The position numbers and the translations under genes are program-made. A DNA stretch of 64,000 nucleotides from an uncultured Prevotellaceae bacterium (GTDB lineage Bacteria > Bacteroidota > Bacteroidia > Bacteroidales > Bacteroidaceae), in the NCBI GenBank assembly GCA_900316585.1, contig ONDM01000006.1, forward strand, positions 307,578 to 371,577, given 5' to 3'. Shown here piece after piece: positions 28,359-36,403 of this stretch (positions within the stretch are counted from its first letter, which is position 1; each line of letters opens with the position of its first letter). Under the pieces are notes generated by a model. It saw nothing but the letters and a program-made list of their open reading frames with translations, searched no databases and was not told the DNA's origin.

Positions 28359-29387
28359 ATGATAATCATTGGTTTGCTGATTATAGCGATAGGCGCATTC
28401 TTCCAAAGCAGTTGTTATGTGCCTATCAATAAAATCAAAGCTTGGAGCTGGGAGAGCTATTGGATTGTACAGGGTGTTTTTGCCTGGCTGATTTTTCCTT
28501 TCCTGGGAGCTTTGTTGGCAGTTCCGGAAGGTCACAGTCTGACTGAACTTTTCAGTAATGCTGATTCGTTCAGTCTTTGGATGACCATCTTATTTGGTGT
28601 GCTTTGGGGAGTTGGAGGCTTGACCTTTGGCCTTTCCATGCGTTATCTAGGTGTAGCATTGGGCCAATCTATCGCTTTAGGAACATGTGCTGGCTTGGGA
28701 ACTATTATGGGTCCTGTTTTGCTTAACATCTTTTTCCCTGAGTTGAATGCTTTGTCTTCATTAACATTTGCAGTTATTTTGGGTGTGGTAGTTACTTTAT
28801 TGGGAATTGCCATTATTGGAATAGCTGGTTCTATGAAGAGTGCATCTCTTTCTGAGGAAGAGAAGAAAGCTGCTGTTAAGGATTTTAATTTCCCTAAGGG
28901 CTTGGCTATTGCATTATTGGCAGGTTTCATGAGTGGCTGTTTCAATGTCGGTCTGGAATTTGGAAAGGAAATTAATTTTCCTGAAACGGATGCTATGTTC
29001 AAAACTTTACCTGCTACCTTTCTAGTTACTTTGGGCGGTTTCTTGACTAACGCTATCTACTGTTTTTATCAAAACTCAAAGAACAAAACCTGGAGCGATT
29101 ATAAAATGGGTAGTGTGTGGGGAAATAATTTAGTTTTTTGCTGCTTAGCAGGTGCTCTTTGGTATAGCCAATTTTTTGGATTGTCATTGGGTAAAGGATT
29201 CCTCACAGAATCTCCTACTTTGATGACTTTGGCATTCTGTATATTACAAGCTCTGAATGTTGTTTTCAGCAATGTTTGGGGTATTATCTTGAAAGAGTGG
29301 AAAGGCTGTAGCAAGAAAACTATTGTGGTTCTTTTGATTGGATTGGCAATACTTATCATTTCAACCTTCCTTCCTCAATTGATATAA
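28359..29387 (+). CDS. rhaT: L-rhamnose/H+ symporter (Bacteroides rhaP)
   Basis: 342-aa protein with 10 TM segments. The start lies 2 nt after the rhaA stop. Confidence 0.85.
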   Translation: MIIIGLLIIAIGAFFQSSCYVPINKIKAWSWESYWIVQGVFAWLIFPFLGALLAVPEGHSLTELFSNADSFSLWMTILFGVLWGVGGLTFGLSMRYLGVALGQSIALGTCAGLGTIMGPVLLNIFFPELNALSSLTFAVILGVVVTLLGIAIIGIAGSMKSASLSEEEKKAAVKDFNFPKGLAIALLAGFMSGCFNVGLEFGKEINFPETDAMFKTLPATFLVTLGGFLTNAIYCFYQNSKNKTWSDYKMGSVWGNNLVFCCLAGALWYSQFFGLSLGKGFLTESPTLMTLAFCILQALNVVFSNVWGIILKEWKGCSKKTIVVLLIGLAILIISTFLPQLI

Positions 29388-29431
29388 TTTGATTATTTAT
29401 TGTCGTCAAGACTGTTTAATAGCATAAAACT

Positions 29432-30262
29432 ATGAAATCAATACTAGATGGACGTCCAGCTTTGAAAATTGAGATCGACAAGGTGGCTGAAGTCGCAGGC
29501 TATCTTTGGCAGAAGGGATGGGCTGAGCGTAATGGTGGTAATATCACAGTAAACATATCAGAATATGTAGATGATGAGATTAAATCACTTCCTGCTATTT
29601 CTGAGGTAAAACAGATAGGTGTGACATTACCTAATTTGAGAGGATGCTATTTCTATTGTAAAGGCACTGGTAAACGTATGCGTGATTTGGCACGTTGGCC
29701 AATGGAGAATGGTTCTGTAATTCGTATCTTGGATGATTGTGCCAGTTATGTGATTATTGCAGATAATCCAGTGCTGCCAACTTCTGAGCTTCCTTCTCAC
29801 TTATCTTTGCATGATTATCTGATTGGTTCAGGCACAGATTATAAGGCATCTTTGCACACTCATCCAATAGAACTGGTTGCTATGAGCCATAGCCCGCGTT
29901 TCCTGAATGCAAAAGAAATCACACGTGTGCTTTGGTCTATGATACCTGAAACTTTGGCTTTTGCTCCACTTGCATTAGGTATAGTCCCTTATGAGATGCC
30001 ATCTTCTGTGAAGTTGGCAGATGCTACATTGGAGCAGGTAAAGAACAATTATGACTGTGTACTTTGGGAGAAGCATGGTGTTGTAGCTGTTGGTCCAGAC
30101 ATTATGCAAGCGTTTGACGTAGTTGACGTTCTCAATAAGAGTGCTAATATTTATATGTGTGCGAAGAACATGGGATTTGAACCGGAAGGAATGACCGATG
30201 AGGCCATGAAGGAAATACAGGATGTTTTCTGTCTTCCAAAGGTTCGTCCTATCAAGAAATAG
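29432..30262 (+). CDS. rhaD: rhamnulose-1-phosphate aldolase (class II aldolase)
   Basis: Class II aldolase/adducin-type motifs (ERNGGNITV, SLHTHP). It is the last gene of the rha operon. Confidence 0.85.
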   Translation: MKSILDGRPALKIEIDKVAEVAGYLWQKGWAERNGGNITVNISEYVDDEIKSLPAISEVKQIGVTLPNLRGCYFYCKGTGKRMRDLARWPMENGSVIRILDDCASYVIIADNPVLPTSELPSHLSLHDYLIGSGTDYKASLHTHPIELVAMSHSPRFLNAKEITRVLWSMIPETLAFAPLALGIVPYEMPSSVKLADATLEQVKNNYDCVLWEKHGVVAVGPDIMQAFDVVDVLNKSANIYMCAKNMGFEPEGMTDEAMKEIQDVFCLPKVRPIKK

Positions 30263-30300
30263 ATATAATAAAAGGGGTTCCATTAGGAGCCCCTTTCTTT

Positions 30301-31530
30301 TTATTCTATAATTCTTGGTTTCCCTTTTAAAGGCTTAAATACTTTTATAGAAACTTTACTACCATTCTCCCTTTTACAGATAAAAAGGTAATTGATTCCA
30401 GCTACAACTTGGGTTCCTACGGAGAGAGGTATAAGTTTCTCTTTGTATCCTTTGGTGGCTTCATTAAATACGTTTAAATCTTCTTTTGTTACAGTACGTT
30501 GACGAGTGAAGGCACCTACCAAGTCCGATTGTTCATCAATAAGTTTCTTAACTTCTTTGAATATTCCTACTTCTTCGGTTAAATAACCTGTATTTTTCTC
30601 ACGATATAATACACCACGGAACATCCCCCCACTATTAAAAGGCATGGTGTAGTTACCTTCTTTGTCTACTGCAATTAACCCTCCATTGCCTTCTTCAGAA
30701 TTCAATTCTTGGAAGATTATTTCATTGGCAGCTTCATCAATTGGTTGTTTCATAAACTTTACGCGAAAATTGAGATTGCTGGATACTGCATGTCTGATAA
30801 AATATTCCCCATGTCCAGTACAGCTAATAGCGCAACCAGCATTGTCTGCATAGGTACCTGAACCAATAATAGGTGCATCACCAATTCTTCCATACTTTTT
30901 CCCTAGCATACCACCTGTACTTGTACCAGCTGTTAAATTGCCATCTTTATCTAATACTACGCAACCTACTGTTCCATTTTTTTTACTTTCTTCCTTAAAT
31001 TTTTCTACCCATTGCATGGTTTTTGGAGTGGCAAAATATAGATTATCATTAACCGTTTCAAGCCCATTTTCAGCAGCGAACTGATCGGCTCCATCACCAG
31101 AAAGCATGACATGTGGTGTCAGCTTTTTTACTGCATAGGCTGCATTGATAGGATGCTTTATATGCTTGACTCCAGCAACAGCTCCTGCACTTAAATCTTT
31201 ACCTTCCATGATGCAGGCATCCAGCTCAAATTGACCAGCAGCACTTACTGTTGCACCAATGCCTGAATTGAACAATGGGTTGCTTTCAAAGTAATTAATG
31301 ACAGCTAAAACCACATCAGCACCTTTTCCTGTAAGTTGCATTTGCCTTTCCCCAATCTGAAGAGCTGAATCTAATGCTGCATAATACATGTCTCTTTGTT
31401 CAGGATGATCTTGCAATGCAGTCATTACTCCTGCACCCCCGTGAACTAATATAACATATTCTTTCTCTTGTGCAGGAACGGGCAGTAGGAATGCACCCAT
31501 CATTAATAATGTAAATAATATTTTCTTCAT
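30301..31530 (-). CDS. exported isoaspartyl peptidase / plant-type L-asparaginase (Ntn hydrolase) fused to a C-terminal stefin-like cystatin domain
   Basis: Signal peptide. Ntn motifs are present: HGGAG, NGTVGCVVLD (autoprocessing Thr) and GTSTGG. The last 83 aa (nt 30304-30552) carry QVVAG (nt 30397-30411) and KVFKPLKG. Confidence 0.8.
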   Translation of the reverse strand: MKKILFTLLMMGAFLLPVPAQEKEYVILVHGGAGVMTALQDHPEQRDMYYAALDSALQIGERQMQLTGKGADVVLAVINYFESNPLFNSGIGATVSAAGQFELDACIMEGKDLSAGAVAGVKHIKHPINAAYAVKKLTPHVMLSGDGADQFAAENGLETVNDNLYFATPKTMQWVEKFKEESKKNGTVGCVVLDKDGNLTAGTSTGGMLGKKYGRIGDAPIIGSGTYADNAGCAISCTGHGEYFIRHAVSSNLNFRVKFMKQPIDEAANEIIFQELNSEEGNGGLIAVDKEGNYTMPFNSGGMFRGVLYREKNTGYLTEEVGIFKEVKKLIDEQSDLVGAFTRQRTVTKEDLNVFNEATKGYKEKLIPLSVGTQVVAGINYLFICKRENGSKVSIKVFKPLKGKPRIIE

Positions 31531-31619
31531 GATATATATAGTTATTTCTGTTTTGTTGATGGTTCTATTATAATTGCCTGTCTAAATAAAAATGAAACCC
31601 CTTATAATGTCTTATGAAA

Positions 31620-31711
31620 TGTATTAATAAACTTAGTACGTGAAGATTACTAATCTTAGTCGACCAAGATTAGTAATCTTAGTGATGTAAGATTAGTAAT
31701 CTTCAGTACAT
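31620..31711. repeat. four tandem 23-bp units, three containing a perfect 15-bp palindrome AAGATTA-S-TAATCTT
   Basis: Palindromes lie at 31643-31657 (centre C), 31666-31680 and 31689-31703 (centre G), spaced exactly 23 bp apart. A degenerate upstream unit lies at 31620-31642. The array sits in the 350-bp divergent intergenic region. Confidence 0.85.
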
Positions 31712-31880
31712 AATCAAATAGGCATTATTGCTAAAGAATGGATACTGCAAGTAGTAAAGGTGCCAGGCCTATTATTTTGTTTTTTCTCAATATCGTTAAT
31801 TTATGTCTATTTAGTTGCGAATTTAAATGAATTTGGCCTTAATTCAAAAGAATTGCTTAAATTTGTGGAAAATTTACACC

Positions 31881-33041
31881 ATGACTTACAATTTTGATAA
31901 CGTTCCAAGTCGTTGGGACACGAATTCCTACAAATATGACAGTTCACCGGACCATGAGGTTATACCTTTATGGGTAGCTGACATGGATTTTCCTACAGCA
32001 CCTGTGGTTCAACAGGCTGTGCAGAAAAGAGCTCAGCATCCTGTTTTCGGTTATGTGAAGGTTCCTGAGAGTTTTTATCAAAGCACTATTAAGTGGTTTA
32101 GCTACAGGCATGGTTGGATAATTCCCCGTGATTCCTTCATTTATACTAGTGGTGTTGTACCTGCTATTTCTGCGATTATTCAAGGTATTACAAAGCCAGG
32201 TGACAAGGTTTTAGTACAGACCCCTGTTTACAATTGTTTCTTTTCTAGTATCCGTAATAGTGGATGCGTTTGTGTGGATTCTCCATTGGTCTATGAAGAA
32301 AATACTTATCATATTGATTTTGATGATTTTGAGAGAAAAATATCCGATCCGTCAGTCAAGGTCTTTTTGATGTGTAATCCTCATAATCCTGCTGGTAGAG
32401 TTTGGACTCCTGAAGAGTTGAAAAGAATAGGAGACATTTGTTTAAAACACGATGTTTTCGTGATTTCTGATGAAATCCATAATGAATTAGTTATGCCAGG
32501 GTATAAGTATACGCCTTATGCCAGTTTGTCCAAAGATTACATGGAACATAGTGCAATTTGTATTTCACCAAGTAAATCTTTCAATATAGCAGGTTTGCAA
32601 ATTGCCAATATAATCATAGCAAATAAGGAAATTAGGCAGTTGGTTGACAAAGCAATTAATATTAATGAAGTTTGTGATGTCAATCCTTTTGGTGTGGTAG
32701 CCTTGCAGGCTGCTTATACTTCAGAGGGTGAGGAATGGTTGAAACAACTGAATTGTTATATTGCCAGTAACTATGAATTGCTTTGTGAATTCTTTAAAAA
32801 GGAATTACCTGATTATCATGTGACAAAATTAGAGGGTACTTATTTGGCTTGGATTAATATACAAGCAAGTGGTGAAAGCTCAGAGCACATGGAAGAAAGG
32901 TTATTAAGAGATTATAAAGTTTGGATTAATTCAGGCATAATGTATGGAACAGAAGGCTTTATTCGGATTAATTTGGCTTGTCCACGAGCAACTTTGATGG
33001 AAGGCTTGAAACGAATTAAAGCTGGTTTGACCCCCAAATAG
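31881..33041 (+). CDS. PLP-dependent C-S lyase (MalY/PatB-type cystathionine beta-lyase, aminotransferase class I/II fold)
   Basis: The start is set at MTYNFDNVPSRWDTNSYKYD, which is typical of PatB. A TAAATTTG -7 box lies at 31858-31865. The PLP-lysine block is SPSKSFNIAG. Confidence 0.8.
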   Translation: MTYNFDNVPSRWDTNSYKYDSSPDHEVIPLWVADMDFPTAPVVQQAVQKRAQHPVFGYVKVPESFYQSTIKWFSYRHGWIIPRDSFIYTSGVVPAISAIIQGITKPGDKVLVQTPVYNCFFSSIRNSGCVCVDSPLVYEENTYHIDFDDFERKISDPSVKVFLMCNPHNPAGRVWTPEELKRIGDICLKHDVFVISDEIHNELVMPGYKYTPYASLSKDYMEHSAICISPSKSFNIAGLQIANIIIANKEIRQLVDKAININEVCDVNPFGVVALQAAYTSEGEEWLKQLNCYIASNYELLCEFFKKELPDYHVTKLEGTYLAWINIQASGESSEHMEERLLRDYKVWINSGIMYGTEGFIRINLACPRATLMEGLKRIKAGLTPK

Positions 33042-33068
33042 CGAAATTCATAATTAAATAATAATAAA

Positions 33069-35042
33069 ATGGAAGAAAATGAGAAACCTGTAGGTCTCCC
33101 TGAAAATGCAATGCGTGAATTGAAAGAGGGAGAAACTTACGAGCCGCTTATGCCGGCATCTTCAAACCCCAAAGAAGTGACTTTATATTCTGTCATTTGG
33201 GGGTTGCTTATGGCTGTACTATTTAGTGCTGCAGCTGCTTATTTAGGATTAAAAGTGGGTCAGGTGTTTGAAGCTGCCATACCTATTGCCATAATTGCTG
33301 TAGGAGTATCATCAGCTACTCATCGGAAAGGAGCATTGGGCGAAAATGTCATGATCCAAAGTATTGGTGCATGTTCTGGTATGATTGTAGCAGGTGCTAT
33401 TTTCACTTTACCTGCACTCTATATTCTTCAGGCTAAATATCCAGAATTAACTGTTAACTTTTTGGAGGTGTTTATATCTTCATTGCTTGGTGGTATTTTG
33501 GGTATTCTATTCTTGATACCATTCCGAAAGTATTTCGTGAAGGATATGCATGGAAAATATCCATTTCCAGAGGCTACAGCTAGTACACAAGTTATAGTAT
33601 CTGGAGAGAAGGGTGGTGATCAGGCTAAACCTTTGTTGATTGCTGGTATTCTTGGTGGCCTTTATGATTTTGTCATTGCCACTTTTGGTCTTTGGAATGA
33701 AACAGTGACTTCGAGGATGGTTGGCTTTGGAGAAACAATTGCAGAGAAAGCTAAATTAGTATTGAAAGTCAATACAGGTGCTGCAGTCTTAGGAATGGGC
33801 TATATTGTCGGTTTCAAGTATGCACTGATTATTTGTTTGGGCTCTTTGGCTGTATGGTGGATTATTGTTCCTTGTATAGCTCTTATTTGGCCAGAGATGG
33901 AAATTGCAGATGGGGTCATTGCTGGAACAGCTACTGCAGAACAGATTTTTACATATTCTAAAAGTATTGGTATTGGTGGTATTGCTATGGCAGGTATCAT
34001 TGGTATTATTAAGAGTTGGGGTATTATAAAAGGAGCTGTTGCTTTAGCTGGTAGAGAGTTTGCAGGAAAGAAGGTAGATTCTAATGAAGTTATTCCAAGA
34101 ACTCAGCGCGATATCCCAATGAAAGTTATTGTCATCGGTTTGATTGCAGCTTTAGTTGTAACTTTCTTATTCTTCCAATTTGGCGTTATGGGTAAGGTAT
34201 GGCTTTTCAGTATAACAGCCATTTTGGTGTTAACTATTATTGTATTCTTGTTTACAACAGTGGCTGCCAATGCGATTGCTATTGTTGGTTCCAATCCTGT
34301 TTCAGGTATGACCCTGATGACTTTGATCTTAGCTTCTGTTATTTTGGTTGCGATAGGTCTAAAGGGTACAGCTGGTATGGTGGCAGCTTTGATTATGGGT
34401 GGTGTTACATGCACAGCTTTGAGTACAGCAGGTGCATTTATTACCGACTTGAAAACAGGGTATTGGTTAGGTAGCACCCCTCAAAAACAGGAAACTTGGA
34501 AGTTCTTGGGCGTTTTAGTTTCTGCTGCAACAGTTGCTGGTGTTATTATGATTTTAAATAAAACATATGGCTTTACAAGTGGTCAGCTTGCAGCTCCTCA
34601 GGCTAATGCGATGGCTGCCGTTATTGAACCACTAATGAGTGGTCAAGGTGCTCCATGGTTGCTTTATGGAATTGGTGCTGCTATAGCAATTATCCTTACC
34701 TTGTTTAAGGTTCCAGCGTTGGCATTTGCACTAGGTATGTTTATACCTATGGAATTAAATATCCCTCTATTAGTTGGTGGAGCTATCAACTGGTATGTAA
34801 CATCTAGAAGCAATGATTCAGAACTGAATAGAGCTCGTAATGATAAGGGTACCTTGATTGCAAGCGGTTTTATCGCAGGTGGTGCTTTGATGGGTGTTGT
34901 TTCAGCTGCACTTCGTTTTGCTGGTATCAGTTTTGATTATGTAGCATGGTGGGATAACAACTGGAGTGAAGTTATTTCTTTAATCATGTATATTTTAATC
35001 ATCGTTTGGATGGTTCGGTCTACTTTGAATGCAAAGAAATAG
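33069..35042 (+). CDS. OPT-family oligopeptide transporter
   Basis: 657-aa polytopic membrane protein. OPT-type motifs are present: GLKVGQ, ITDLKTGYWLG, GFIAGGALMGV. Confidence 0.85.
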   Translation: MEENEKPVGLPENAMRELKEGETYEPLMPASSNPKEVTLYSVIWGLLMAVLFSAAAAYLGLKVGQVFEAAIPIAIIAVGVSSATHRKGALGENVMIQSIGACSGMIVAGAIFTLPALYILQAKYPELTVNFLEVFISSLLGGILGILFLIPFRKYFVKDMHGKYPFPEATASTQVIVSGEKGGDQAKPLLIAGILGGLYDFVIATFGLWNETVTSRMVGFGETIAEKAKLVLKVNTGAAVLGMGYIVGFKYALIICLGSLAVWWIIVPCIALIWPEMEIADGVIAGTATAEQIFTYSKSIGIGGIAMAGIIGIIKSWGIIKGAVALAGREFAGKKVDSNEVIPRTQRDIPMKVIVIGLIAALVVTFLFFQFGVMGKVWLFSITAILVLTIIVFLFTTVAANAIAIVGSNPVSGMTLMTLILASVILVAIGLKGTAGMVAALIMGGVTCTALSTAGAFITDLKTGYWLGSTPQKQETWKFLGVLVSAATVAGVIMILNKTYGFTSGQLAAPQANAMAAVIEPLMSGQGAPWLLYGIGAAIAIILTLFKVPALAFALGMFIPMELNIPLLVGGAINWYVTSRSNDSELNRARNDKGTLIASGFIAGGALMGVVSAALRFAGISFDYVAWWDNNWSEVISLIMYILIIVWMVRSTLNAKK

Positions 35043-35050
35043 TAACACCT

Positions 35051-35100
35051 AATAAACAGTAAGCCCCGCAAGTCTTTGACTGCGGGGCTTACTGTTTATT
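35051..35100. terminator. bidirectional terminator (perfect 20-bp stem)
   Basis: aataaacagtaagccccgca / tgcggggcttactgtttatt with a 10-nt loop, between convergent genes. Confidence 0.9.
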
Positions 35101-35109
35101 AAAGGTAAG

Positions 35110-36321
35110 TTATTTTTCTTTTATTATATTGAATTTATTATTTATCAAAGCCTCTTTTATTTCTTCAATATGATTAATGTCACGAGTTTCCATTGTTATT
35201 CTTAGGACACATGAATTAACATTAATGTCGGAATTGGTACGTTCATGACTGATGGCTGTGATATTAGCTCCACTTTTTGCTATTAATGTTGCGATATTAA
35301 CTAGTTCACCTGGGCGGTCCTTAATTTCAAGTGCTACAGTAAATTGACGTCCGTTCATTTGTAAGCCACGGTTTATAATTCTATTAAGTGAAGTTACATC
35401 AATGTTTCCCCCAGAAACTACACATACAGCTTTTTTACCTTCCAATGGAATATGGCCAAACATGGCAGCGGCAACAGAAACAGCTCCTGCTCCTTCTGCA
35501 ATTAGTTTGTGCTTTTCCAGTAAAAGCAGAATAGCAGCACATACTTCATCATCAGAAACAGTGACAATTTTGTCTACCCATTTTTTACAAAAATCATAAG
35601 TGTAGTTACCTGGTTGTTTTACAGCAATTCCATCAGCTATAGTGGAAACTTTTACTAAACTTTTTATTTGGTCATGTTCCAAACTCTTCACCATACTTGG
35701 AGCACCTTGTGCCTGTACTCCATATACTTTAACATTCGGATTCAATTGCTTAGCAGCATAAGCAACACCACTTATCAGACCACCACCTCCAACAGGAACA
35801 ATGATTGCATCCACATCGGCCATTTCATTCATTATTTCCAAGCCGATGGTTCCTTGACCTGCAATAACCTTAATGTCATCGAATGGGTGAACAAAGGTCA
35901 TATTTTTTTCGTCTTTTAGTTCTAGTGCACGTTTATAAGCATCATCATATACTCCAGGAACTAAGCAGATCTCAGCACCGTAACTACGAGTTGCCTCAAC
36001 TTTGGAAATAGGAGCACCTTTAGGCAGACAAATGGTAGCTTTAATACCATAAGCTTTTGCAGCCAATGCTACTCCTTGAGCATGGTTACCAGCAGAACAG
36101 GCAATAACTCCATGTTTTCTTTCTTCATCTGATAGTTGAGAGATCATGTAGCTGGCACCTCGTACCTTGAATGAACCTGTTACTTGCAAGTTCTCAGGTT
36201 TTATATAAATCTCACAATCTTTGCGTATAGATGGGGAAATTACCAGATTTGTCTTTCGGATAATGGATTTTAAAGCATATGAAGCTCTATATATTTCGTT
36301 AAGGGTTAATTCATTTTCCAT
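35110..36321 (-). CDS. ilvA: threonine ammonia-lyase (serine/threonine dehydratase) with a C-terminal ACT-like domain
   Basis: PLP-lysine motif GSFKVRGA and a GGGGL loop, plus a C-terminal ACT-like segment. The start is set at MENELTLNEIY, with a TACCTTTG -7 box at 36339-36346 on the minus strand. Confidence 0.85.
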   Translation of the reverse strand: MENELTLNEIYRASYALKSIIRKTNLVISPSIRKDCEIYIKPENLQVTGSFKVRGASYMISQLSDEERKHGVIACSAGNHAQGVALAAKAYGIKATICLPKGAPISKVEATRSYGAEICLVPGVYDDAYKRALELKDEKNMTFVHPFDDIKVIAGQGTIGLEIMNEMADVDAIIVPVGGGGLISGVAYAAKQLNPNVKVYGVQAQGAPSMVKSLEHDQIKSLVKVSTIADGIAVKQPGNYTYDFCKKWVDKIVTVSDDEVCAAILLLLEKHKLIAEGAGAVSVAAAMFGHIPLEGKKAVCVVSGGNIDVTSLNRIINRGLQMNGRQFTVALEIKDRPGELVNIATLIAKSGANITAISHERTNSDINVNSCVLRITMETRDINHIEEIKEALINNKFNIIKEK

Positions 36322-36403
36322 GTTTTCAAAATTTGGTGCAAAGGTACATGTTTTCATCAATAAAATGATGGAATCCTCTAAAATCTTTGTAAATTTGTGT
36401 CCC

